DNA from: an uncultured Alphaproteobacteria bacterium
Lineage (GTDB): Bacteria; Pseudomonadota; Alphaproteobacteria; Rhizobiales; Xanthobacteraceae
NCBI GenBank assembly: GCA_963825265.1
Contig: CAWGSI010000005.1
Coordinates: 347,556 to 411,555 of the forward strand
Length of the DNA stretch: 64,000 nucleotides
Direction of reading: 5' to 3'
A program made the translations under genes and the position numbers. How positions within the stretch are numbered: position 1 is the first letter of the stretch; each line of letters starts with the position of its first letter. This document shows, piece by piece, positions 20,873 to 30,021 of this stretch. The notes under the pieces are model-generated. The model searched no databases. It saw only the letters and a list, made by a program, of their open reading frames with translations, and was not told the origin of the DNA.

Positions 20873-21538
20873 TTATTTCGTCTTCGCCACTTGGCGCTCG
20901 CGCGGCACCGGCCATTCCGTGACGTCCTGCGATTTCAATTCGACGCGCGTCATGGGGCGGCGTCTGGCCAAAACGCTTTTCGGCGCCAAGGCCAGATGCG
21001 GCGAGTCGTCAATTGCCTCCATCAGCCAATCGAGATCGTCGGCCGTGATCAGCCAGCGCGCCGGCGCGTAGCGCGCGAGCGAGAACGGCTTGGAATAGGC
21101 CACCATCGATTTTTTGCCGCCATTGAGATTGTATTCGTGCGCGTAGCTCATCGCGAGCTCGCGCACGTTGCGATAGATCGGGTCGCGCCAGCGCAGCACG
21201 GCGTGGTTGGTCTTGCTCATGGCGCCCCATAGGCCGCGCTCCTTGAACAGCGTCACGATATGATCCTGGTCGCTCGGCAGCGCGCGGATGTCCATCAGCC
21301 AGGCCGGCTTGCCGTGATAGATCAGCGCCGCGACCGCGAGCACCGCGGCTTCGGCGCAATGGGCAGTGCGCAGCTTGAGCGTGCGACGCGGCGACATGCA
21401 GGTTTCGCCCTTGAGTTCGAAATTGGGCGGCAGCTTTTCGATGAAGGTCTGAATCTTCTGCGGTGTGTCGAGGCGCGCGAGCGCCCGGTGTTCGGCGGGC
21501 GTCAGCAGGGCGCGCAAGCGATTGCGGTAAGTGGCCAT
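20873..21538 (-). CDS. Conserved hypothetical protein, possibly transglutaminase-like Cys hydrolase
   Basis: 221-aa ORF with coding-like composition; SPRRTL..TAHCAEAA, DQDHIVTLF, WGAMSKTN pattern (Cys...His...). Confidence 0.6.
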   Translation of the reverse strand: MATYRNRLRALLTPAEHRALARLDTPQKIQTFIEKLPPNFELKGETCMSPRRTLKLRTAHCAEAAVLAVAALIYHGKPAWLMDIRALPSDQDHIVTLFKERGLWGAMSKTNHAVLRWRDPIYRNVRELAMSYAHEYNLNGGKKSMVAYSKPFSLARYAPARWLITADDLDWLMEAIDDSPHLALAPKSVLARRRPMTRVELKSQDVTEWPVPRERQVAKTK

Positions 21539-21813
21539 GGGCGCGGCACTTTATCCGGGCAATGCGGGCGGCGGAGGGGCACGGGAGCGCGGTTCCACAG
21601 CTAAGTTGCGGTGCCACGAGTGGAAATTTCGACGGTTGGAACGGGACGATGCCGGCAGGACCGGCGTTCTCCGCAAAGCTATTGCAGAAGGAAATTGTTG
21701 TATCCGGCGGGCCTAAAAACAGGAAATATCTTCTTATTTTCCAAGGCTTATTGCAGTTGCGCAGAATAAGTTTCTATTTAAGGGCTCGTGACGGTCCCGC
21801 GGGAGCCCCGGCC

Positions 21814-21942
21814 TTGAGCGATTTTCCCCAAGAACAGCGGCCTGATCTGGTGCGGATAACGCCAGAAGATTGGCTCCTCGCCTTCGGGACAGCCCTGCTC
21901 GCGCTGTTCTTCCTCGGCATTCTGCCGCGCATGTTCTGGTGA
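21814..21942 (+). CDS. 42-aa single-pass membrane small protein heading the cysJI operon
   Basis: TTG start 8 nt after GGGAG; MSDFPQEQRPDLVRITPEDWLLAFGTALLALFFLGILPRMFW; ends 12 bp before cysJ. Confidence 0.55.
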   Translation: MSDFPQEQRPDLVRITPEDWLLAFGTALLALFFLGILPRMFW

Positions 21943-21954
21943 GGCTCGGAGCGC

Positions 21955-23703
21955 ATGTCGTCCAGCTTCGCCACCATCCCGAAGACCGCGCCCTTCGCCG
22001 AGGAAGAAATCGACCTGCTCAACCGCGTGGTCGGTCCGGCCAACGCGCTGCAGCGCGCCTGGCTCGCCGGCTTCCTCGCCGGTGTCGAGTCGGTCACCGG
22101 GCAGCCGCAGCCTTCGGCGCCGGCCAAGGCCGCCGAGCCGATCACCATCGTCTATGCCAGCAAGTCCGGCAATTGCGAGAAGCTCGCCAACGATCTGGCC
22201 AAGGCCGCGCGCAAGAACGGCCTCAAGCCGAATTTGATCGACATGGCGGATCTCGATCTCGCCGACCTCACCGCAGCCAAGCGCCTGGTGTTCATCGCGG
22301 CCACGTGGGGCGAGGGCGATCCGCCGGCGCGCGCCGTGCGCGCCTATGGCGAATTGATGGGCGGGGGCGCCCCGCGCCTCGACGGCGTCGAGTTCGGCGT
22401 GCTGGCGCTCGGCGACACGGCCTATGCGGAATTCTGCGCCATCGGCAAGAAGATCGACGAACGGCTTGCTGCGCTTGGCGGCAAACGCGTGGTCGAGCGC
22501 GTCGACTGCGATCTCGATTTTGCCGAGCCGTCGTCGAAATGGATCGGCGACGCGCTGAAGGTCCTCACCCCGCCCGATGCCAACCGCGGGCGCGTCATCG
22601 AAGTCGATTTCGGCAAGCCAGCGGCTGCGCCCAACACCGACATTGTCGAGGCGGAGATTTCCGAGCACGTCAACCTGAATTCCTCGCGCTCGAACAAGGA
22701 AACCATCCATCTCGCGCTGACCTTCGACGGCGCGGCGCCGGCCTATGAACCGGGCGACTCGCTCGATCTCTACGCCGAGAATGATCCGGCCTATGTCGAC
22801 GAGCTGCTGAAGCTCGCGGGATTGGCGGGCGACGACAAATTACGCGCCGAACTCATCAAATCGCGCGACGTGACCACGTTGTCGCTCAAGACCGTAGAAA
22901 CCTATGCAACGCAGACCGGCCATCAATACGTCAAGGCGCTGCTGGCGGACGGGCAGGCGAAGGAATGGATCGTCGGCCGTCAGTTCATCGATCTGGTCGC
23001 CATGTTCCCGATCGCGTTGACCGCCGATCATTTGCGCGCGGTGACGCGTCCTTTGGCGCCGCGCGCCTATTCGATTGCCTCGTCGCGCCGTGAAGTCGGC
23101 GACGAAGCGCATCTGCTGATCTCGGCGGTGCGCTACGACAGCCACGGCCGCGCCCGCAAGGGAGTCGCCTCCAATTACGCCGCCGAGCGGCTCAAGCGCG
23201 GCGGCCGCGTGCGCGTCAAGCTCAAACCCAACAAGCATTTCGCGTTGCCCGTCGCCGACAAGGATATCATCATGGTCGGCCCCGGTACCGGCGTCGCCCC
23301 GTTCCGCGCCTTCGTGCAGGAGCGCCGCGCCACCAAGGCCGCCGGGAGAAGCTGGCTGTTCTTCGGCGACCGCCAGTTCACGCATGATTTTCTCTACCAG
23401 CTCGACTGGCAGGATGCGCTCAAGGACGGATCGCTCACCCGCATGGATGTCGCCTTCTCGCGCGATACGCCCGAGAAGATCTACGTGCAGCACAAGATAT
23501 GGGACAAGCGCCGCGATTTGATCGAATGGCTCGACGGCGGCGCCAGCTTCTACGTCTGCGGCGACGCCAAAAACATGGCGAAAGACGTGCGCGCCGCGCT
23601 GGTGCGTGCTTACGCCGACGTGAAAGGGCTGGCCCCCGAGGCCGCCGAGCAGGCCGTCGCGAGCCTGGAGCGCGACAAGCGCTATCTGACGGATACATAC
23701 TAA
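21955..23703 (+). CDS. cysJ: Sulfite reductase flavoprotein CysJ-like (flavodoxin + FAD + NADPH domains)
   Basis: YASKSGN, ATWGEGDPP, LALGDTAY, RAYSIASS, MVGPGTGVAPFRAF, YVCGDAKNMAKDV, RYLTDTY. Confidence 0.9.
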   Translation: MSSSFATIPKTAPFAEEEIDLLNRVVGPANALQRAWLAGFLAGVESVTGQPQPSAPAKAAEPITIVYASKSGNCEKLANDLAKAARKNGLKPNLIDMADLDLADLTAAKRLVFIAATWGEGDPPARAVRAYGELMGGGAPRLDGVEFGVLALGDTAYAEFCAIGKKIDERLAALGGKRVVERVDCDLDFAEPSSKWIGDALKVLTPPDANRGRVIEVDFGKPAAAPNTDIVEAEISEHVNLNSSRSNKETIHLALTFDGAAPAYEPGDSLDLYAENDPAYVDELLKLAGLAGDDKLRAELIKSRDVTTLSLKTVETYATQTGHQYVKALLADGQAKEWIVGRQFIDLVAMFPIALTADHLRAVTRPLAPRAYSIASSRREVGDEAHLLISAVRYDSHGRARKGVASNYAAERLKRGGRVRVKLKPNKHFALPVADKDIIMVGPGTGVAPFRAFVQERRATKAAGRSWLFFGDRQFTHDFLYQLDWQDALKDGSLTRMDVAFSRDTPEKIYVQHKIWDKRRDLIEWLDGGASFYVCGDAKNMAKDVRAALVRAYADVKGLAPEAAEQAVASLERDKRYLTDTY

Positions 23704-23727
23704 TGGGCGGCGCGGCGCGCTATTTCA

Positions 23728-23754
23728 CTCTCCCCGCTGCGCGGGGCGAGGGGA
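23728..23754. repeat. Short CTCTCCCCGC..GCGGGG.GAGGG-type hairpin repeat
   Basis: ctctccccgctgcgcggggcgagggga lies immediately before the AAGGAGG RBS of cysI; resembles a common alphaproteobacterial intergenic repeat. Confidence 0.4.
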
Positions 23755-23764
23755 AGGAGGCATC

Positions 23765-25480
23765 ATGACCGACGAAGTCTCGCGCAACGAGCGCATCAAA
23801 GAGGCGAGCGATTACCTGCGCGGCACGCTCACCGAAGGCTTAGCCGAGGAAATCACCGGCGCGATCGTCGAGGACGACCAGCAACTGGTGAAATTCCACG
23901 GCATATATCTGCAGGACGACCGGGATCTCCGCCCCGAGCGCACGCGCAAGAAGATGGAGAAGGCCTTCGCCTTCATGATCCGCGTGCGCATTCCGGGCGG
24001 CGTGCTGTCGCCGCAGCAATGGCTCGCGCTCGACCAGGTGGCGCGCGACTACGGCAACCACACCATGCGGTTGACCACACGGCAAACCGTGCAGTTGCAC
24101 GGCGTGATCAAGTCCAATCTCAAAGCGACGTTGAAGAAAATCGACGCGGCGCTGCTCAACTCGATCGCCGCTTGCGGCGACGTCAACCGCAACGTCATGT
24201 GCGGCGCCAATCTCGAGCAAAGCGCGGCGCATGTGGCGGCGCTCGATCTGACGCGCGCAATCTCCGACCACCTCACGCCGCAGACGCCGGCCTACCGCGA
24301 GATCTGGCTCGACGGCGAAAAGATCGCCGGCGGCGAAGATGAGGTGGTCGAGCCGATCTACGGCAAGACTTACCTGCCGCGCAAATTCAAGATCGTGGTG
24401 GCGGTGCCCCCGTCGAACGACGTCGACATCTTCGCGCATGATCTCGGCTACATCGCCATCCTCGACGATAAAGGCGGCGTGGCGGGCTGGAACGTAACGG
24501 TCGGCGGCGGCATGGGCATGACCCATGGCGAGGAGGACACCTATCCGCGCACCGCCGAAGTGATGGGACTTTGCAAGACCGAAGATGCGGTGAAGATCGC
24601 GGAAGCGGTGGTCACGGTGCAACGCGACTGGGGCGACCGGGCAAACCGCAAGCACGCGCGGCTGAAATACACCATCGAGGACCGCGGGCTCGACGCTTTT
24701 CGCGCCGAGGTCGAGAAGCGCGCCGGCGTGACGCTTGAGGCGGCGAGGCCGTTCACTTTCACCTCGACCGGCGACCGCTACGGCTGGAGCGACGGCGCCG
24801 AGGGGTGCAGCCATCTCACGCTGTTCGTGCAGAACGGGCGCTTGCTCGATAACGCCAATGCGAAGCAAATTTCGGCTTTGCGGCAGATCGCGCAGAAGCA
24901 CGACGGCAATTTCCGCATCACGCCCAATCAGAACCTGATCGTCGCCAATATCCCGAAGGAACGGCAGTCGGAAATTCACTGGCTCGCCAAGGAAGCCGGA
25001 CTGCTGGCGCCCTGGTCGGGCCTGCGCCGCAATTCCATGGCCTGCGTCGCGCTGCCGACGTGTGGGCTCGCGCTGGCCGAAAGCGAACGCTACATGCCCG
25101 ACCTGCTCGGTGTGCTCGACGAGCGGCTTAGTGTGCATGGGCTCGCCGCCGACGACATCGCCATCCGCATGACCGGCTGCCCGAACGGCTGCGCGCGGCC
25201 TTATCTCGCCGAGATCGGCTTGGTCGGCAAAGGACCGGGACGATACAACTTATATCTCGGTGCGGCCTTCGACGGCTCGCGGCTCAACAAGCTCTATGGC
25301 GAGGATTTCGATCACGTCGGCATCGTCGCCGCGCTCGACCCGATCTTTGCCGCCTATGCCGCCGGCCGGCAGAAGGGCGAGCGCTTCGGCGATTTCACCA
25401 TCCGCGCCGGCTTCGTCGCGGCAACCGGCAACGGCCGCGACTTCCACGCCAATGTGGGCAACCGGGCAGGACGCCGGTGA
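23765..25480 (+). CDS. cysI: Assimilatory sulfite reductase hemoprotein CysI
   Basis: NERIKEASDYLRGT, KFHGIYLQDDRD, ACGDVNRN, YLPRKFKI, CVALPTCGLALAESERY, MTGCPNGCARP siroheme/[4Fe-4S] ligands. Confidence 0.95.
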   Translation: MTDEVSRNERIKEASDYLRGTLTEGLAEEITGAIVEDDQQLVKFHGIYLQDDRDLRPERTRKKMEKAFAFMIRVRIPGGVLSPQQWLALDQVARDYGNHTMRLTTRQTVQLHGVIKSNLKATLKKIDAALLNSIAACGDVNRNVMCGANLEQSAAHVAALDLTRAISDHLTPQTPAYREIWLDGEKIAGGEDEVVEPIYGKTYLPRKFKIVVAVPPSNDVDIFAHDLGYIAILDDKGGVAGWNVTVGGGMGMTHGEEDTYPRTAEVMGLCKTEDAVKIAEAVVTVQRDWGDRANRKHARLKYTIEDRGLDAFRAEVEKRAGVTLEAARPFTFTSTGDRYGWSDGAEGCSHLTLFVQNGRLLDNANAKQISALRQIAQKHDGNFRITPNQNLIVANIPKERQSEIHWLAKEAGLLAPWSGLRRNSMACVALPTCGLALAESERYMPDLLGVLDERLSVHGLAADDIAIRMTGCPNGCARPYLAEIGLVGKGPGRYNLYLGAAFDGSRLNKLYGEDFDHVGIVAALDPIFAAYAAGRQKGERFGDFTIRAGFVAATGNGRDFHANVGNRAGRR

Positions 25481-25606
25481 GCGCTGTGCGGCGGCCCGGC
25501 GAAGCATTGCTCAGTTTTTCGACCGACTTTGCTGCTTTGCGAGGCAAATGCCTCGACAAAGTTCCCCTGTTGATAATTAATCCAAGAATATCAGCGGCTT
25601 CTGAGC

Positions 25607-25622
25607 TGGCACACTCCTTGCT
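25607..25622 (+). promoter_or_regulatory. sigma54 (-24/-12) promoter of the FNT-nirA operon
   Basis: TGGCACACTCCTTGCT with exact GG-N10-GC spacing. A TGC-N11-GCA site at 25530-25546 could be an NtrC-type enhancer. Confidence 0.8.
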
Positions 25623-25705
25623 GCCTTGCAGCATAGAAGGAGCAGCGGCCGGCCGGATTGTGCTGCAGAGCGATCTCGGCGACCGCCATAACAGGGAGTC
25701 GAGAT

Positions 25706-26536
25706 ATGGATTACGTGAAGCCAGCGGACGTCGCGAGCGCCATGGTGGAAACCGGGCGCCGCAAATTGGATTTAGCGCCAGTCGATCTCGTCATCCGCGG
25801 CGCGCTCGCCGGAAGCATTCTGGCGGCGGCCACCAGCCTCGCCATCACCGGCGCGGTGCAGACCGGGCAGCCGCTGGTCGGCGCGCTTATCTTTCCGGTC
25901 GGCTTGATCCTCATCGTCTTGCTCGGGCTCGATCTGGTCACCGGCGCTTTCGGCCTGGTGCCGCTGCCCTGGATGGAGCGCGACGCCAGCACGCCGCACA
26001 TGCTCGCGAATTTCGGCTGGATATTCCTCGGCAACATGATCGGCAGCGTCGTCTATGGCGGCCTGCTGGCGATTGCGCTGACCAATTTCGGCACCGCCGC
26101 GCCGGCCGGCGTCGCCGCCAAGATCATCGCCATCGCGCAAGCCAAGACCACCGGCTACGAGGCCATCGGTCTTGCCGGCATGATCACAGTCTTCGTCAAG
26201 GCAATTTTGTGCAACTGGATGGTCTGCCTCGCCATCGTCGCGGCCATGACCACCAATTCGACCATCGGCAAGATCGCCTGCGCCTATATGCCGGTGTTCA
26301 TCTTTTTCGCCCAAGGCTTCGAGCACACGGTGGTGAACATGTTCATCATCCCGACCGGCATGATGATGGGCGCCAAGATCACGGTCGCGCAATGGTGGCT
26401 GTGGAACCAGATCCCGGTCACGCTCGGCAATCTGGTCGGCGGCTTCATCTTCACCGGGCTTGCGATCTACATCACGCACAAGCCGCGCAAGCTCTCGCCG
26501 CCGCTGGCGATGACGACGCAGGTGCCGGCGGAATGA
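25706..26536 (+). CDS. Formate/nitrite transporter (FNT) family channel, NirC/cyanate-channel-like
   Basis: FPVGLILIVLLGLDLVTG, GNMIGS, KAILCNWMVCLA, FEHTVVNMF, VTLGNLVGG. Confidence 0.9.
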   Translation: MDYVKPADVASAMVETGRRKLDLAPVDLVIRGALAGSILAAATSLAITGAVQTGQPLVGALIFPVGLILIVLLGLDLVTGAFGLVPLPWMERDASTPHMLANFGWIFLGNMIGSVVYGGLLAIALTNFGTAAPAGVAAKIIAIAQAKTTGYEAIGLAGMITVFVKAILCNWMVCLAIVAAMTTNSTIGKIACAYMPVFIFFAQGFEHTVVNMFIIPTGMMMGAKITVAQWWLWNQIPVTLGNLVGGFIFTGLAIYITHKPRKLSPPLAMTTQVPAE

Positions 26537-28368
26537 CGACGCAAGCCGGCAGCGATCTCAAGCTGGCTGGCGCAACGGCAACCGGCGACTTCGAGCCCGA
26601 ACAGAAACGCTATCTGGAGGGCTTCGCCGCCGGTTTGCAGATCGCCAAGACGGCGAAAGGGTTCGCCGGCTCGGCCGGAAGCCTGCCGGGGGCGGTTGCC
26701 GCCCCCGCGCCGGAGCCGGTCGGCCCCGACGCCGCCGCGTTCAAGGCGCAAGACCGCGTGCTCAAGGCCGGCGGCAAGCTGTCGGACCCCGAGAAATTCA
26801 AGCGCGAGCAGCATCCGTTCGACACTTACGAGCGGCTCAAGGCGCACGCCGCCAAGAACGAATATCCCAAACCGCCCGACAATTTCCGCTGGCGCTTCTT
26901 TGGCCTGTTCTATGTGGCGCCGAACCAGAACTCCTACATGTGCCGGCTGCGCATGCCGAACGGCATTCTCAAAGCCGCGCAGTTCGCGGGCGTTGCCGAT
27001 CTCGCCGAGCGCTATGGCGGCGGCTATGCGCACGTGACGACGCGCGCCAATCTGCAGGTGCGCGAGATCGAGGCGAAGAACGCCGTCAATATGATCGAGG
27101 CGGTGCTCGACCTCGGCCTGTGCTCGCGCGGCTCCGGCGCCGACAATATTCGCAACGTCACCGGCGGGCCTACCGCCGGCATCGACCCGCAGGAATTGAT
27201 CGACACACGTCCCTATACGCGCGAGTGGCACTTCCACATTCTCAATGACCGCTCGCTCTACGGTCTGCCGCGCAAGTTCAACGTCGGCTTCGACGGCGGC
27301 GGCATTATCCCGGTGCTGGAGGATACCAACGACATCGGCTTCCAGGCGGTGCAGGTGAAGGACGGCTTCGGGCTCGAAGCGGACGTTTGGTTCCGGCTCT
27401 GCCTGGGCGGGCTCACCGGGCACCGCAGTTTCGCCGGCGATACCGGCGTGCTGGTCAAGCCCGCCGACGCCACGCTCGTTGCCGACGCGGTGGTGCGCGT
27501 GTTCATCGATCACGGCGACCGCACCGACCGCACCAAGGCACGGCTCAAATATGTCCTCGACAAATTCGGCGTTGAAAAATTCCTCGGCCTGATGGAGGAG
27601 AAGCTCGGCCGCAAGCTCGACCGCGCCGTGCCGGGCGCGATTGAGCCCAGACCGCCGTTCTCGCGCACCGCGCATCTCGGCATTCACCCGCAGAGGCAGG
27701 AAGGCCTCAACTGGATCGGCGTCGTGGTGCCGGTCGGCCGCCTGACGGTCGCGCAGATGAAGGGCCTCGCCGGTATCGCGCGCGATTTGGGCGACGGCGA
27801 TATCAGGCTCACCGTGTGGCAGAATTTGCTGATCTCCGGCGTGCTGTCGCGCAAGCTCGATGAGGCGCAAGCGCGGATCGAAGGGCTCGGTTTGGCGATC
27901 GAAACCAACGCGATCCGCGCCGGGCTCGTTGCCTGCACCGGCAACACGGGCTGCAAATTCGCCGCTTCCGACACCAAGCGGCACGCCGAAGAGATTGCCG
28001 CATGGTGCGAGACGAGGCTGGCGCTCGACACGCCGGTCAATATCCATCTCACCGGCTGCCATCATTCCTGCGCGCAGCATTTTGTCAGTGAGATTGGGTT
28101 GCTCGCCTGCAAGGTCGAGGTCGGCGAGGATGCCGATCCGGTCGAGGGCTACCACGTGCTGATCGGCGGCGGCTTCGGGCCTTACGCGGCGCTCGGCCGC
28201 GAGCTTTATCGCGACGTGAAGGCGCAGGATACGCCGAGAGCAATCGAGCGCGTGCTCAAGACTTACCTGATGCACCGCGAGTCGCCGAAGGAAAGCTTCA
28301 TCGACTTTGCGCGCCGGCATGAGATCGACGCGCTCAAATCGATGGTTGAACTGGAGGCGGTGGAATGA
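26533..28368 (+). CDS. nirA: NirA-family siroheme nitrite (or sulfite) reductase
   Basis: FRWRFFGLFYV, TTRANLQVR, GADNIRN, LPRKFNVGF, VACTGNTGCKFA, HLTGCHHSCAQH; ATGA overlap with the FNT gene, downstream of a sigma54 promoter. Confidence 0.85.
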   Translation: MTTQAGSDLKLAGATATGDFEPEQKRYLEGFAAGLQIAKTAKGFAGSAGSLPGAVAAPAPEPVGPDAAAFKAQDRVLKAGGKLSDPEKFKREQHPFDTYERLKAHAAKNEYPKPPDNFRWRFFGLFYVAPNQNSYMCRLRMPNGILKAAQFAGVADLAERYGGGYAHVTTRANLQVREIEAKNAVNMIEAVLDLGLCSRGSGADNIRNVTGGPTAGIDPQELIDTRPYTREWHFHILNDRSLYGLPRKFNVGFDGGGIIPVLEDTNDIGFQAVQVKDGFGLEADVWFRLCLGGLTGHRSFAGDTGVLVKPADATLVADAVVRVFIDHGDRTDRTKARLKYVLDKFGVEKFLGLMEEKLGRKLDRAVPGAIEPRPPFSRTAHLGIHPQRQEGLNWIGVVVPVGRLTVAQMKGLAGIARDLGDGDIRLTVWQNLLISGVLSRKLDEAQARIEGLGLAIETNAIRAGLVACTGNTGCKFAASDTKRHAEEIAAWCETRLALDTPVNIHLTGCHHSCAQHFVSEIGLLACKVEVGEDADPVEGYHVLIGGGFGPYAALGRELYRDVKAQDTPRAIERVLKTYLMHRESPKESFIDFARRHEIDALKSMVELEAVE

Positions 28369-29953
28369 GCATCACGCCGCGCATCCCCTCGCTGATCCCG
28401 GATTCGGCGCCGTTCACGCCGGAGCAGCGCACGTGGTTGAACGGCCTGTTCGCGGGCATGATCTCGCTCGAGGAGAGCGTGACGCCGCTGACGAACGCCG
28501 AGGCTGCCGCGCTCTTGCCCGGGGTCGTCGCGCCCGCGGAAGAAGACGACGGCGCGCCCTGGCACGACCCGGCGATGCCGCTCCCCGACCGCATGAAGCT
28601 CGCCGACGGCAAGCCGCTGCCGCGCCGCATGATGGCGGCGATGGCGCAGCAGGATTGCAGTCAGTGCGGTTATAACTGCAAGGACTACGCCGATGCGCTG
28701 TTCACCAAAAAGGAAGAGCGGCTGAACCTGTGCGTGCCGGGCGGCAAAGACACCGCCCGCATGTTGAAGAATCTCTATGCGGAGCTCGGCGCTGCGCCGC
28801 CGACGGCGAAGGCGGAGACGGTGCCCGCGCCGGTTTCCGCGCCGGGCCGCTCGCGCGACAATCCGGTCACCGCCACTTTCCTCTCGCGCCGTCGCCTCAA
28901 CAAAGAAGGCTCGCAAAAGGAAACCTGGCATATCGAATTCGATCTGGCCGAATGCGGGCTGGATTATGTGGTTGGCGACAGTTTCGGTGTTTACCCGGCC
29001 AACGAGCCCGCATTGGTCGAGGCGGTGATCGCCGCGCTTGACGCGCCGGCGGATTTTCCGATCGGCGGTAGAACTTTGCGCGAGGCGCTCACCGACGGCG
29101 TCTCGCTGTCGCCGGCGCCGGACATGCTGTTCCAGCTCATTTCGTACCTGACCGGCGGCGACCGCAAGAAAAAAGCCCTGGCTTTGGCCGCCGGGCAGGA
29201 CCCGGACGGCGATGCGGCGACGCTCGACGTGCTGGCGGCGCTGCAGAAATTTCCCGGTATCCGGCCCGATCCGGAAGCCTTCATCGAGGCGCTCGATACC
29301 TTGCAGCCGCGCGTCTATTCGATCTCCTCCTCGCTCAAGGCCAATCCCGGCCGCGTCTCGCTCACGGTCGACGCGGTGCGCTACCAAGTGGAAAAACGCA
29401 CAAGGCTCGGCGTTGCCTCGACTTTCCTGGCGGGCCGGGTTTCGCCGGGCGACAAGATCAGGGTCTATGTGCAGAAGGCGCAGCACTTCGCGCTGCCCGC
29501 CGATCCCGGCAAGCCGATCATCATGATCGGACCCGGCACGGGGCTGGCGCCGTTCCGCGCCTTTCTGCAGGAGCGCCAGGCGACCGACGCGCCCGGCCCC
29601 AATTGGCTTTATTTCGGCCACCAGCGCAGCGATTACGATTTCTTCTACGAAGACGAGCTCAAGGAAATGCGCTCGTCCGGCCTGCTGACGCGGCTGACGC
29701 TCGCCTGGTCGCGCGACGGCAAGGACAAGATCTACGTGCAGCACCGCATGCGCGACGACGGCCGCGACCTCTGGGAGTGGCTGAGCAAAGGCGCGCATCT
29801 CTATGTCTGCGGCGACGCGCTGCGCATGGCCAAGGACGTCGAACGCGCGCTGATCGACGTCGTGGCCGAGCATGGCAAGCGCTCCCGGAAGACGCCGCGC
29901 GCTACGTCGCCGAGTTGAAGAAGAACGACCGCTACCAGTCGGACGTGTATTAG
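28365..29953 (+). pseudogene. CysJ-like FAD/NAD(P)H reductase with an N-terminal [4Fe-4S] (RnfB-type FeS) domain; apparent 1-nt deletion near the C-terminus
   Basis: QQDCSQCGYNCKDYA...LCVPGG, RVYSISSS, GPGTGLAPFRAF, YVCGDALRMAKDV. The conserved tail PEDAARYVAELKKNDRYQSDVY is in another frame after the CCC at 29884-29886. May be a sequencing error. Confidence 0.85.
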
Positions 29954-30000
29954 CGCATGGCCCCGAAAAGTGGATACCGGTTTTCGGATAAGGCCCTGCG
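29954..30000 (+). repeat. 47-bp hairpin element, copy 1
   Basis: cgcatggccccgaaaagtggataccggttttcggataaggccctgcg directly after a TAG; matches three other copies. Confidence 0.85.
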
Positions 30001-30021
30001 CAACTAAAAAGGATCAAGGCC

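Noticed and set aside
29870-29900. Programmed ribosomal frameshift in the flavoprotein (or in the SBP at 37440)
   Set aside because: No slippery heptamer or downstream stimulator is evident; single indels at short homopolymers are better explained by error or recent mutation.
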